From: an uncultured Christensenella sp.
GTDB taxonomy: Bacteria > Bacillota > Clostridia > Christensenellales > UBA1242
Assembly (NCBI GenBank): GCA_964564685.1
Contig: CAZMBC010000001.1
Location: 162,376 to 226,375, forward strand
DNA: 64,000 bases
Direction: 5' to 3'
The number at the start of each line of letters is the position of its first letter. Position 1 is the first letter of the stretch. The translations under genes were made by a program, and so were the position numbers. This document shows, one piece after another, positions 26,680 to 37,073 of this stretch. The notes below the pieces were generated by a model. The model did no database searches. It saw only the letters and a list, made by a program, of their open reading frames with translations, and was not told the DNA's origin.

Positions 26680-27102
26680 TTACAAATTTCTAACAACTTC
26701 TCCAACAAGTTTCATATCACACTTGCCGTTGTAGTTTGTTTTAAAATGGCGCATAACACTTGGTAAAGATTTATCCTCTAATGTATCAATAATGCTTTTA
26801 ATTTCATCTTTAGTTAAAAGTTGTGGCAAATATTTTTCAAGCACCTTTTTTTGTATTTCAATTTTCTCACTTTCCTGAGCGTTTCCTACTCTTTTATAGT
26901 TTTCACACTCTTCTTCTAGTTCTTTAATTGTTTTTTGAATAATGCGCACAAAATCCGCATCTTGCATTTCCTTGCCCTCGGCACGCGCATTTATGCTTGC
27001 CTGCATATATTTGTTCATAACAACGCTATATATGCTTCTTAAATTTGCATCCTTATTTTTCATTGCCTCAATGTTGGCTTTTTTGATTTCATCAATTAAC
27101 AT
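26680..27102 (-). CDS. GatB/YqeY domain protein
   Basis: 140 aa. The EKYLPQLLTKDEIKSII and ...GKCDMKLVGEVVRNL layout is typical of YqeY. Confidence 0.75.
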   Translation of the reverse strand: MLIDEIKKANIEAMKNKDANLRSIYSVVMNKYMQASINARAEGKEMQDADFVRIIQKTIKELEEECENYKRVGNAQESEKIEIQKKVLEKYLPQLLTKDEIKSIIDTLEDKSLPSVMRHFKTNYNGKCDMKLVGEVVRNL

Positions 27103-27122
27103 AATATCCTATTTAAATCTCC

Positions 27123-28145
27123 TTATAAATTTGTTAGTTTTTTGTCACAAAGGTTTTGTAATATAATGCTACGCTCGCCACGCTCTATTTCATAAAGCAT
27201 TTCCGCCACCGCCTTGTTATAAGGCAGGTTAATGTTGTGCTCTTCGGCCAGTTTATTAAAGTAATTACACAAATAATCCAATTCCGAACGCTTGCCATTT
27301 TCCAACTGGCGCAAGGTTACGCTAACGCAATTTCCATTTTGGTGAATTAGCATTCTAAACATCTTGCTTCTATACAATATCCCGCTAACCGAGTTTTCAA
27401 CAAACTTGTAATAATCCAAAATGTTGTTATATGGCGGAATTGTAACATTAAGCTGTTCAAACAAAAATAATTGCTCTTTAATTAACTGAATAAAGATTTT
27501 TTTGCCAGCCTTTTCGCTTAAATAAATACCAAGGTTGTAACCCGTTAGTGCACCCAAACACGACTGATTACAGTGCAAAATAAAACGGCTTAACATAAAA
27601 TTATACATATTGTGTTCAATAACTGTAGGCGCTATGCTTTCAAAAATTTTCTTAAGCATTGGCAAATATTTTAGTGTTTCCTGAGTAAGCGCGCCAATGT
27701 GTATCGAGCCCGAACTTGTAACAACAATCTCGGTGCTGCTTTGCCTTTTACTGGACCAATCTATCACAATTGGAACATAGCGCTTAATATCCACTAGGTT
27801 AGCAATCTCGCTTAAGTGCATAACATTTTGTAGGGTTAAAAGCACGCCATTTGGCTTTAAAAACTTTTTTGCAACTTTTATTGCATGCTCCAAATCATAT
27901 GCTTTTGTGCAGATGATAATAATGTCTTTGTTTGAAGTAAAAGTGTCATTTTTAACAAAAGGAACCAAGTAACTTTTATTCCCCAGCGCGCCTTGCACTT
28001 CAAAATTAATCATATTATCCAATATAAGACTTCCGCCCTTGGGTTTTGTTATTTCAACATCATAACCTTTAGCACACAAAAATGTGGCAAAAGTTCCACC
28101 TCTTGAACCCGCACCAATTATACCTATTTTTACTTTTCTATACAT
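27123..28145 (-). CDS. Ketopantoate reductase (ApbA/PanE) family oxidoreductase
   Basis: 340 aa. N-terminal KIGIIGAGSRGG Rossmann motif, with length and layout like PanE/ApbA. Confidence 0.5.
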   Translation of the reverse strand: MYRKVKIGIIGAGSRGGTFATFLCAKGYDVEITKPKGGSLILDNMINFEVQGALGNKSYLVPFVKNDTFTSNKDIIIICTKAYDLEHAIKVAKKFLKPNGVLLTLQNVMHLSEIANLVDIKRYVPIVIDWSSKRQSSTEIVVTSSGSIHIGALTQETLKYLPMLKKIFESIAPTVIEHNMYNFMLSRFILHCNQSCLGALTGYNLGIYLSEKAGKKIFIQLIKEQLFLFEQLNVTIPPYNNILDYYKFVENSVSGILYRSKMFRMLIHQNGNCVSVTLRQLENGKRSELDYLCNYFNKLAEEHNINLPYNKAVAEMLYEIERGERSIILQNLCDKKLTNL

Positions 28146-28266
28146 TATGCCTCTTATAACTGATTTTACTTTGTAAGTATATATTAATTATTACAAAAAA
28201 TCAATTAGAATTACAAAAAACAAAAGAGAAGTGCAATCTTCTCCTTAATTTTAATGCTGTATATAT

Positions 28267-30039
28267 TTAAATTAATTTTTTAAGCTCCTTAAGCGCCCAT
28301 TTCATTTCGCCAAATGCTATGTCGTATGGCTCATTTGTAGTTAAGTCAACACCTGCTTTCTTTAAAATATTTGTTGGGTAGTCCTTGCCCCCGCTTGCCA
28401 AAAACTCCTTGTACTTTTTAAGCGCATCAGGTTTGTTAGAAAGTATGTTGCTTGCCAAAACAATTGCACTTGTTATGCCCGTGGCATATTTATACACATA
28501 ATATGCGCTATAAAAATGCGGAATTCTTAACCATTCGTAACAAATTTCCTTGCAGTGCTTTACTGCTGTTCCATGATACTTTTTATTAAGGTTGCCATAG
28601 TACTCCACCAATGTGTCTTTATTAATGGAAATATCATTTTCAATTTGTTTATGTGCAAAATTCTCAAACTCACTAAACATAGTTTGTCTAAATAGCGTGC
28701 TTTTAAACATAGAAAGATATTTATCCAAATAATATATTTTTTCTTGTTTGGTTTTTGCATTAGCATAAAAATATTTTAGCAATAGCACTTCGTTTGTAGT
28801 TGATGCAATCTCCGCCAAAAATATTGGATAGTGGCTTTGAGAATACGGCAAACTTGTTGACGAATAATACGAGTGCATTGCATGACCCAACTCATGAGCC
28901 ATTGTAAACACGCTATCCAAATTATTAACTGTGTTTAGCATAACATAAGGATGAGTGTTATATACGTTCAAACAATAAGCACCTGTGGCTTTATTTTTGT
29001 TAGGATATACATCCATCCAGCCTTGGGTGTAACTTTTTTTAAGCAACTCCACATAATCGTCACCTAGTGGCGCAAGAGCTTTTAACAAAATTTCCTTTCC
29101 TTGTTCAAAGGTATATTTTACATCCAAATTTGCAAGCGAAACATAAGTATCGCAATATTCCATTGTGTCCAACTTTAATAATTTCTTTTTTAATCTGTAA
29201 TACTCATGCAAATATTTTAAGTTTGCATCTACATTTTTAATAAGGTTATAATAAAGTTTTTCGGGAATATTGTTTCCATTTAGTGACATGTTAAGAGTAC
29301 TATCAAACTTGTAAACATCGCTAAAAAATACATCACTCTTAACAGATGCAATATAGTTTGTTGCAATTGTGTTTGCAAGGTTCATATATCCATGGTGCAA
29401 GTTTTCAAATGCTTGTTTTCTAATGTTTTTATCCTTGCTTTCCAAAAGCAATCTGTAGTTACTATTTGTAAGTGCAATCTTTTTGTTTTTGGCAATAACA
29501 TCATCAAATTTTACATCAATTGCATCAATATTGTCAAAAACATCACTAAAATCACCCGCAAACTTGCCTGCCTTGGACATTATAATTTCTTCGTTTTCGT
29601 TTAAAATATGATTTTTGTTTCTTATTAAATCTTCAAGTTCCAACTTATGTGTTGCAAACTTTTTATCGTTAACAAGGTCGTTCAAATACTCATTAGGCAA
29701 ATTAGCTAGTTCAGGTTCTACAAAAGAAAGCAAAACGCTTGCCTTATTTTCCACATTAGAAACATCACTTAAATATTTTGTATATTTGCCCACTTCTAAG
29801 TCTTCAGAATGCTTTAAGTAGGCATAACCGCTCAAAGCCTCCATCTTTATAGAAAGCGTTTCGGCTTCATTAAAATATTTCAGTAAATCTTTTTTGTTTT
29901 CTAACTTCCCCTTAAAAGCTGCAAGTTTTTGAATATCTTTTTCAATGCCGTTTAAGCATTTAACAAATTCCTCATCGGATTTGAATATTTGTTTTAAGTC
30001 CCATTTAAACTCATCGCTTATATTTTTTCGATTTTTCAT
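28267..30039 (-). CDS. pepF: Oligoendopeptidase F (M3B)
   Basis: 590 aa. HELGHAMH zinc motif, with M3B length and layout. Confidence 0.85.
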   Translation of the reverse strand: MKNRKNISDEFKWDLKQIFKSDEEFVKCLNGIEKDIQKLAAFKGKLENKKDLLKYFNEAETLSIKMEALSGYAYLKHSEDLEVGKYTKYLSDVSNVENKASVLLSFVEPELANLPNEYLNDLVNDKKFATHKLELEDLIRNKNHILNENEEIIMSKAGKFAGDFSDVFDNIDAIDVKFDDVIAKNKKIALTNSNYRLLLESKDKNIRKQAFENLHHGYMNLANTIATNYIASVKSDVFFSDVYKFDSTLNMSLNGNNIPEKLYYNLIKNVDANLKYLHEYYRLKKKLLKLDTMEYCDTYVSLANLDVKYTFEQGKEILLKALAPLGDDYVELLKKSYTQGWMDVYPNKNKATGAYCLNVYNTHPYVMLNTVNNLDSVFTMAHELGHAMHSYYSSTSLPYSQSHYPIFLAEIASTTNEVLLLKYFYANAKTKQEKIYYLDKYLSMFKSTLFRQTMFSEFENFAHKQIENDISINKDTLVEYYGNLNKKYHGTAVKHCKEICYEWLRIPHFYSAYYVYKYATGITSAIVLASNILSNKPDALKKYKEFLASGGKDYPTNILKKAGVDLTTNEPYDIAFGEMKWALKELKKLI

Positions 30040-30052
30040 AAAATTCTCCTTA

Positions 30053-30724
30053 TTACAAATGCAGTTTTTTAGACAACTCGTTTTTTATTGTTTTAAACCC
30101 AAAGAACAGCGTACCCAGTATAGCCAATGAAGTTACAAGCAAATTAATTTCGTTAAGCACCTTAAAAGTATCAAACTTGCAAGCAAGTAACACAATCGAA
30201 AGTGTTAACAACAAAAAGTATATAACCAAAAAACCCATTAAAAAATTTTTTCTACGTTTGTTGCAAAGGGTTATCATTACCAGAATAACGCTTGTAGTTA
30301 TTGCTATGGATGGAACTACATAGTTTAAAAGCCAATCGCCCCCACTTGAAATAAAATAAGAGGAAATAGTTATTGCCAAAACGCCAACAAACTGAAAAAA
30401 CACTTTTTCAAACGCACTTCGATTACTCATTATAGTATGCCTAATTAATATCCATAAATACACTAAACCTGTAAGTACTACTAATGACCATGCAACTCCA
30501 GAATAGGTTATAAAATTTATAAATCCGCAAATACACACCGCCACTAGCGAAATAAATAGTAAAATTTTGTTTACTAAATAATGCTTTTTTAGTTGGGAGC
30601 GTTTATCAGTATTGCAAAGATATAAGGGTTTTTCTGTGCTTTTACCCTGCATTTGATTAAAGCATAAAGGACAATAGTTTTTATCGGTTTTTACATCCAC
30701 ATTACATATTTTACAATGTTTCAT
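30053..30724 (-). CDS. Zinc-ribbon plus multi-TM membrane protein
   Basis: Start is placed at the MKHCKICN... ATG (30724), preceded by GGAGG. CKIC...CPLC ribbon, then about 6 TM. Overlaps the end of the upstream acyltransferase gene. Confidence 0.5.
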   Translation of the reverse strand: MKHCKICNVDVKTDKNYCPLCFNQMQGKSTEKPLYLCNTDKRSQLKKHYLVNKILLFISLVAVCICGFINFITYSGVAWSLVVLTGLVYLWILIRHTIMSNRSAFEKVFFQFVGVLAITISSYFISSGGDWLLNYVVPSIAITTSVILVMITLCNKRRKNFLMGFLVIYFLLLTLSIVLLACKFDTFKVLNEINLLVTSLAILGTLFFGFKTIKNELSKKLHL

Positions 30725-31997
30725 TTTCCGCCTCCCAATAATTACTATTAATTTCAACCTTAATTTCGTTGTGGCTTAACCATTTAAAAAATTCTTTTTC
30801 TATTAGAGTTTCAGCAAAATTTCTGGTGAATGTTAGGTTGATAAAGTTGTTGTAACTAACAACAGCAAGGTTTGCTTTTCCGCTATAACTTGCGTTTAGG
30901 GCAAAAATAATATCCTTTACAAATGGTTGCATACTTTCAGGCAATTGTACAACACCCAAATTACTTAACTGACAAGTATGTAAGTTATCGCCCACATGCT
31001 TATATGCAATACGCATAGCTATATCTTTTATAAAAAGAGGCATTACCTTTAAAATCCAATTCTTTTCAGTTTTAACATTATAATGCATTGTAGATTGTAA
31101 ATTTTCCTTGGTTAGTTCCTCACGCATTTGTTGTTTGCAGGTTTGCACACATTCTTCTAGTGTAATTGGTTTAGCAAAATCGTGCCCCAACCTTACAAAC
31201 ATGGCAAAATTTCGCATGGTGTTGCTAGGAAACCACTTGCGTAAATCAACAGGCACTAAAATAGTTACTAGTTTGTTTTTAACTTTTTTATTCCTAATGA
31301 GCGTGTTGTAAATAACTTGCATATAAAGTGCCGACAAAAATGTTGTTATTGTTGCATCATATTTTTTAGCAAGTTTTTTTAGCTCTTCAACTTTTACTTT
31401 GCCGGTTATTATTCCCACGCCGTCATATTTAAAGGGCGTCCCATCCACAACAAAAGCGTTTTTGTATTTTTTTCCGGGTGCTGTTTTGCGATTGTAAGTT
31501 GTTAAAAAGTCATCTGTTGACTCTTCAAAACTAGAGGGTGCAAAGGCCGTTTTTACAAGGTCATCACTAGAAACATCTTTGCCACAAAGCAGCAAATACT
31601 CATAAAGCAATGATTTAAATACATCCATACCCGCTTTTCCATCGCTTAACGAGTGAAAAATTACCATTGTTATCTTGTTATCGTTATAATACACCCTAAA
31701 CAAATAGCCATTGTTTTCTGTGCCATCTATGTAACTCATAAAATAAGGAACTTCTTCCTGAACATAAAAGGGCTTATTATTTTCCTCCAAATAATACCAA
31801 AAAAGCCCTTTTTTAAGCTTTACATTAAAAGTTGGAAAACGTTTTAACACATTATTAACCGCTTTGTTTAATATATTTTTATCCACTTTTTCATCCATAA
31901 GTGCAATCAGCGAAAAATTACCCGGCCTTCGGTAGTTACTACAAGGCGGATAAATTTTGGCGGCGTTATCTAGCGAATACCAGTTTTTCTTTTTCAT
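30711..31997 (-). CDS. Condensation-domain-like / alcohol-acetyltransferase-like acyltransferase (HxxxDG)
   Basis: 428 aa. N-terminal WYSLDNAAKIYPP and FHSLSDGKAG (an HHxxxDG-type catalytic motif variant). Confidence 0.5.
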   Translation of the reverse strand: MKKKNWYSLDNAAKIYPPCSNYRRPGNFSLIALMDEKVDKNILNKAVNNVLKRFPTFNVKLKKGLFWYYLEENNKPFYVQEEVPYFMSYIDGTENNGYLFRVYYNDNKITMVIFHSLSDGKAGMDVFKSLLYEYLLLCGKDVSSDDLVKTAFAPSSFEESTDDFLTTYNRKTAPGKKYKNAFVVDGTPFKYDGVGIITGKVKVEELKKLAKKYDATITTFLSALYMQVIYNTLIRNKKVKNKLVTILVPVDLRKWFPSNTMRNFAMFVRLGHDFAKPITLEECVQTCKQQMREELTKENLQSTMHYNVKTEKNWILKVMPLFIKDIAMRIAYKHVGDNLHTCQLSNLGVVQLPESMQPFVKDIIFALNASYSGKANLAVVSYNNFINLTFTRNFAETLIEKEFFKWLSHNEIKVEINSNYWEAENETL

Positions 31998-32130
31998 TTT
32001 GCCATCCTGTTTATTGATCGTATATTATATTGTAACATTCATTTATGGATGATAAAAGCAAAAAAGGTTGAAAAAATAAAAAAACGGCAAATTATATTCA
32101 AATTTACCGCTTTTATTATAACAATTATTT

Positions 32131-33216
32131 TTATTTCTTTTCAGCTTTGCTTTCGTTTTTGTCCTTATCTTCGGTTTTAGCTTTAACTTTATTTTCTAAC
32201 TTGCTTTTGTTTAATTTTTCTGCCTTTTGTTTTGCTTTCTTTTCCGCTTTTTCTTTGTTTGTCTTTTTCCAGTTTTCTTCACTTTTCTTTATTTTTTTGT
32301 TAACTATATAAAATAGGTTGTCAACTATATCACCCTCAATCTGCTCTGGGCGCTCTTTCTCTACCCTTAATGGCAAAGCATCTTTGTTAACCGGCATAAC
32401 AACCTCGTCGTTACGCAATCTAACTTCAACTTGATTAAATGGAATGTTAATATTGTTACGCTTTAACTCGTTAAACACATTTTCCATAACATAATAATAA
32501 ACCGACCAATAATCTTCACAATCTACCCAACATGAAGCAGTAAAACCCAAACTACTATCCTTAAGTGTTTTTAGGGCAACAAACGGCGCTGGTTCAAGGC
32601 GAACTTTTCCGTTAGAGGTCATAACATCCAAAATTATTTGTTTTACTTGGTTAATATCACTGGCGTAATCAACATCAAACGCAAATGTTACTTTGCGAGT
32701 TTTTAGCGCGTTGTAATTTACAACCTCGTTTGTAACAATTGAAGAGTTTGGCAACACAACCATTTTGTTATCTGCAGTAACTATAGAAGTGGTTAACATT
32801 TTGATATTTTTAACACTTCCTTCTACTCCATTAATGCTTACATAATCACCTTCTCTAAAAGGTTTTGTAGTAATAATAACAACACCATTGGCCAAGTTTG
32901 AAAGCGAATTTTGAAGCGCCAAGCTTACTGCCAAACCAGCAGCGGATATTAAAGCAATCAAACCTGTTGTGGCAATGCCCAACGATTGCAAAACAGTAAT
33001 AATTAATATCAAATTTAACACAAACTTTATTATTGAAAGCAAAAACGATTGTGTTATTTTTTCCATGCTAGTTTTACTAAATATACTTTTTACAATTTTC
33101 ATTACTAGCTTTATTAAAATAAAGCCAACAATAAAAACCAAAAGTGCTTTTAATATTTTTAATCCACCATCCGATAAAAAGGATGTAACTGCATTTTTAA
33201 TTTTTTCCCAATCCAT
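32131..33216 (-). CDS. mscS: Small-conductance mechanosensitive channel (MscS family) with a Lys/Glu-rich C-terminal tail
   Basis: 361 aa. 3 TM plus a beta-domain (PFREGDYVSINGVEGSVKNIKMLTT). Confidence 0.85.
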   Translation of the reverse strand: MDWEKIKNAVTSFLSDGGLKILKALLVFIVGFILIKLVMKIVKSIFSKTSMEKITQSFLLSIIKFVLNLILIITVLQSLGIATTGLIALISAAGLAVSLALQNSLSNLANGVVIITTKPFREGDYVSINGVEGSVKNIKMLTTSIVTADNKMVVLPNSSIVTNEVVNYNALKTRKVTFAFDVDYASDINQVKQIILDVMTSNGKVRLEPAPFVALKTLKDSSLGFTASCWVDCEDYWSVYYYVMENVFNELKRNNINIPFNQVEVRLRNDEVVMPVNKDALPLRVEKERPEQIEGDIVDNLFYIVNKKIKKSEENWKKTNKEKAEKKAKQKAEKLNKSKLENKVKAKTEDKDKNESKAEKK

Positions 33217-33239
33217 AATTTATCCTCTTGTTTTTATTT

Positions 33240-33764
33240 TTAGTTATTAAAAAAATCTAAATTTTTAATATCAAAACTTTTAACATCATCTTCTATTTTT
33301 ATCCAACCTAAATTCTCACCCTCGGCTATTTTATCAAGCGGAAGTTTAATATAAGTTGCCGTGCCTTCAGCAAGCAAGTTGCCATACTCATCCTCAATAA
33401 ACCCACTTCCAATAAAAGTACGACTGCCCGACTTTAAAACTTTAGCAACGCAATATATATTACAGTTTAACGGAACAGGTTTACGAAATTTTACATTTAA
33501 CTCTCCCGTTACACCCCACTGATTAGGGTCACTAATCATAATTGCTCGTCCAATTGTTTCATCAAGTAATGCAGAAACAATTCCACCATGCATTCGGCCC
33601 GGATAACTTTGATGCATGTCGTTTGCATGCGCAAGCGCAACAATAATATTATTTTCTACTTCATAAAACCCTGCACAAATAGAGGCAGGATTTTTTGTTC
33701 CACAAATTATACAATCAGCCGAATTGTTTTGCTTTTTTAAAACTTTTAATTCCATCTCCCTCAC
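33240..33764 (-). CDS. PaaI/hotdog-fold thioesterase with an N-terminal CxxC
   Basis: 174 aa. HGGIVSALLDETIG motif. Confidence 0.7.
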   Translation of the reverse strand: MREMELKVLKKQNNSADCIICGTKNPASICAGFYEVENNIIVALAHANDMHQSYPGRMHGGIVSALLDETIGRAIMISDPNQWGVTGELNVKFRKPVPLNCNIYCVAKVLKSGSRTFIGSGFIEDEYGNLLAEGTATYIKLPLDKIAEGENLGWIKIEDDVKSFDIKNLDFFNN

Positions 33765-34357
33765 TTCCTAGTGCTACACATAACATAATAGCCTTTATCT
33801 CGCTTTAAAATTTCTACATTCCCAAACACATTTTCCATGTGCCTTTTCAAACTTTCCTGTCCATGTGATTTGCGAATAACCAAAAATATTTGTCCACCAA
33901 TTTCTAAATGTTCTTTAGATTGTTCAACTAAATTAAACAAAATTTGTTTGCCTACTTTTATTGGCGGGTTTGTGACAATAAAATTATATTTTTTGTCAAT
34001 ATATTCAAATAAATTGCTTTTAAGTGCGGTGTTAATGTCAATATTGTTATTTTTACAATTTTGTTTTGTCAAATCCACTGCCACGCCATTTACATCTGAT
34101 GCGTCAATCACAATGTCAGGAAATTGTGTTTTTAATACTATTGAGATTGTGCCAATTCCACAACCTATATCAAGCAAATTTCCAAATATATTGTGTTTAG
34201 AAACCTCTGTTAAAAGCACTCTTGTTCCGTCATCAATCTTGTTTTTACTAAAAACATTATCTACCGACTTGAACACAAATGCTTTACCTAAAATTTCATC
34301 CCTGAAAGTAAAATAGTCAGTAGTTTTATGTTCCTTTTCTATAAAATAATGTTGCAT
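33761..34357 (-). CDS. Class I SAM-dependent methyltransferase (RsmC/RsmD-like, NPPxxxG)
   Basis: 198 aa. LLDIGCGIGTISI (motif I), VTNPPIKVG. Confidence 0.75.
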   Translation of the reverse strand: MQHYFIEKEHKTTDYFTFRDEILGKAFVFKSVDNVFSKNKIDDGTRVLLTEVSKHNIFGNLLDIGCGIGTISIVLKTQFPDIVIDASDVNGVAVDLTKQNCKNNNIDINTALKSNLFEYIDKKYNFIVTNPPIKVGKQILFNLVEQSKEHLEIGGQIFLVIRKSHGQESLKRHMENVFGNVEILKRDKGYYVMCSTRK

Positions 34358-34358
34358 A

Positions 34359-35738
34359 TTATTTCTTCTCTATTCTATATTCTTTTGCAGAATCCAGTAT
34401 ATTATAACCCATTAGGCTAATTTTGTTTCGATATTCATCCGCCAAAACATAATTTTTATTCAGTTTTGCTTGCCAGCGGGCTTCCGCTAGTTGTTTAACA
34501 TCCTCTGGCACTTCAAATTTTTCTTCAGTATAATTATCAAGTTCCAAGCCTAGCGCTCTATCAAACCCTACCGCTAAATTATAAACATCCTTACTTAAAG
34601 GCTCGTTTTTAACCATGCTAAACAAAATGCCTAATGCCAAAGGTGTGTTAAGGTTATCATTAACAGCATTTAAAAAATCTGTTTTGTATTTTTCAGCTTT
34701 GTCTGCAGACAATGCATTTGCACCCAACTTGTGGTCATTAACTAGTTTTTTAAGGTTTTTTAACGCGCTTTGTGCAGATTTTATTGCTTCAAAAGTAAAG
34801 TTTATTGTTTTTGAGTAATTTGTGTTTAAACAAAAAAATTTGTAAGCAAGCGGCTCGTAGCCCATTTGATTTAATTGGTCTAAAGTGTAAATATTGTTAA
34901 GGCTTTTGCTCATCTTTCCGCCGTCCACCATAACAAACTCGTTGTGCATCCACAAATTTACAACTTTGTGTCCAAACGCACAATCGTTTTGAGCAATTTC
35001 ATTTTCGTGGTGAATTGGCAAGTGATCTATTCCGCCCGTGTGTATATCAAAATTTTCACCCAAAATATCACTACTCATGGCGGAGCATTCAATATGCCAG
35101 CCCGGGCATCCCACTCCCCATGGGCTATCCCATTTCATAATGTGACTTTCAGGCACAAATTTCCAAAGGGCAAAATCAAACGGATGGTGTTTTTGGTCGT
35201 TGCCTTCCACACGCGCCACGCCTGCTTTATTCATATCCTTATTACTTAATTGCCCATAACTCTTAAACTTGCTTACATCAAAATACACGCCGTCGTCAAT
35301 AATGTAAGTATAGCCTTGTTTTTCAAGCAATTTAATAAACTCAATCATTTGCGGAACATATTCAGTTGCGCGAGTAATATGTTCAGGAATGTCGATATTT
35401 AGCTTTTTAAGGTCGTTAAAAAATATGTTTGTGTAATAATCTGCTATTTCAAGCGGAGATTTATTTTCTTTTTTTGCGGAAAGTTCCATTTTATCATCAC
35501 CGCTGTCACTATCACTAGTTAGGTGCCCCACATCAGTGACATTCATAACACCCAACACATTTAGCCCATTGTATTTAATAACCCTACGCAGGCTATCCAT
35601 AAAAATGTATGCACGCATGTTTCCTATGTGCGGATAGTAATAAACTGTTGGACCGCAAGTGTACATTTTAACAACACCAGGCGTTATGGGTTTAAGTTCT
35701 TCAAGTTGTTTTGTAAGTGTATTGTAAAGTTTTATCAT
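34359..35738 (-). CDS. cysS: Cysteine--tRNA ligase
   Basis: 459 aa. HIGNMRAY (HIGH), KMSKS, and Zn-binding Cys contexts. Confidence 0.95.
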   Translation of the reverse strand: MIKLYNTLTKQLEELKPITPGVVKMYTCGPTVYYYPHIGNMRAYIFMDSLRRVIKYNGLNVLGVMNVTDVGHLTSDSDSGDDKMELSAKKENKSPLEIADYYTNIFFNDLKKLNIDIPEHITRATEYVPQMIEFIKLLEKQGYTYIIDDGVYFDVSKFKSYGQLSNKDMNKAGVARVEGNDQKHHPFDFALWKFVPESHIMKWDSPWGVGCPGWHIECSAMSSDILGENFDIHTGGIDHLPIHHENEIAQNDCAFGHKVVNLWMHNEFVMVDGGKMSKSLNNIYTLDQLNQMGYEPLAYKFFCLNTNYSKTINFTFEAIKSAQSALKNLKKLVNDHKLGANALSADKAEKYKTDFLNAVNDNLNTPLALGILFSMVKNEPLSKDVYNLAVGFDRALGLELDNYTEEKFEVPEDVKQLAEARWQAKLNKNYVLADEYRNKISLMGYNILDSAKEYRIEKK

Positions 35739-35748
35739 ATTGCTTTCC

Positions 35749-36180
35749 TTATATTTTTTTATTTAAAAACTCAATAACATCATCCAATTTTCGCTCAATA
35801 AGTTTAACCTCTTTTTCGCTTTTGGAAAGGGCCTGATTTTCGGACGCCATTGTGGTTAAAAACTTATTTAATTCCTTTGTTCCTTTTGTTGTTATAAAGT
35901 AAGTAATGTTGCGCTTATCTTGCTCGTTTTTCTTGCTAGAAATAAGCCCCTCTTCCAGCATTCCCCTACAAAGTAATGCCAAATTGCTTTTTGCAATGCA
36001 AAGCTTGTTAATTAAAACTGTTGGAGAGCACTGTCCTTCTTCGCTTAAAAGAAACAAAAGCTTATGCTTCATGGTTAAAACGCTTTTTTTGTTGGCATCA
36101 TGTGCATCAAAGCCGTCACATAGTTTGTGCAACAAAATCCTTAAACTAACCAGTTGTTTTTGCAACTTTATGTTTTCCAT
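35749..36180 (-). CDS. MarR family transcriptional regulator
   Basis: Start is placed at the ATG (MENIKLQ...) preceded by GAGGGAG. Winged-helix region ...SPTVLINKLCIAKSNLALLCRGMLEEGLISSKKNEQDKRN. Promoter TTGATT (36244-36239), 17 nt, TATAAT (36221-36216). Confidence 0.65.
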   Translation of the reverse strand: MENIKLQKQLVSLRILLHKLCDGFDAHDANKKSVLTMKHKLLFLLSEEGQCSPTVLINKLCIAKSNLALLCRGMLEEGLISSKKNEQDKRNITYFITTKGTKELNKFLTTMASENQALSKSEKEVKLIERKLDDVIEFLNKKI

Positions 36181-36471
36181 TACTCCCTCTTCCAGCAAAG
36201 ATTTTAAGTATAGTTATTATAATATAATTAGTTTAAAAAATCAATGAATAAAGAGATGTTAAGTACATTTTACAAGCAGGTATTTTAATTTATTGCACAC
36301 ATTGTTAATTATTTTATATCTAGGTTTTACTTTACTTATAATTTAATTATTATTTAGCAAAAAAAAGCAATTTATGTTACAAAAAAACAAAATGATTACA
36401 ACCGATAACCTTAAATACAATAAACTTAAAATAACTTTTTTAACAAAAGATATATTGTTAAATTAACCATA

Positions 36472-36502
36472 TAAAAAACAACCTAATAATAGGTTGTTTT
36501 TT
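36472..36502 (-). terminator. Rho-independent terminator of the giant-protein/sipW operon
   Basis: AAAAAACAACCT-loop-AGGTTGTTTTTTTT, directly after the sipW stop. Confidence 0.75.
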
Positions 36503-37000
36503 TTAAACAAATATCATCCATGCAAATAAAAATATAATTACGAAGAATGTAAATAGAATTATATTTGATTTTATATATGTAATTAGGTATCCTACAAAAT
36601 TAAAATTTGCCACCACTTTTCCAACAACTCTATCAGGGTCAACAGGATTAGCATCCACAGTATCGCGATTGTCACCCTTGGTTATATAGTAGCCTGTTTC
36701 TTCGTCGATTGCATGTATTCTGTGTGTAAAGGTAATACCTGAGTTACTAGTTGCGCTTGCCTTAAAGGTTATAATATCTCCCACTTCAAGGTCTTCATAA
36801 TAATCATGAACAGGTGCAAGCACTATAATGCTGTTTATAGAAAGCGTTGGCAACATAGAACCCGAGCCTATAAGTTTGTACTTGTAACCAAAAAGCAAAC
36901 TTACTGCAAATGTAATTATTAACCCCAAAACAAAGCTTACGCATAGGGATTTGGCTAAAAAACCAAATGAACTTTTTTCTTCAAATATATTTTTATGCAT
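36503..37000 (-). CDS. sipW: Signal peptidase I, SipW (S26B, archaeal/ER-type)
   Basis: 165 aa. GSGSMLPTL (Ser nucleophile), THRIHAI (His), KGDNRDTVD, and a C-terminal TM. Confidence 0.8.
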   Translation of the reverse strand: MHKNIFEEKSSFGFLAKSLCVSFVLGLIITFAVSLLFGYKYKLIGSGSMLPTLSINSIIVLAPVHDYYEDLEVGDIITFKASATSNSGITFTHRIHAIDEETGYYITKGDNRDTVDANPVDPDRVVGKVVANFNFVGYLITYIKSNIILFTFFVIIFLFAWMIFV

Positions 37001-37073
37001 GTTAGTGTCCTTTTAATACTGCTATATTTTATCAAAACCCTCTGCATTTAACAAAGGGTTTTAATAATTTTTT

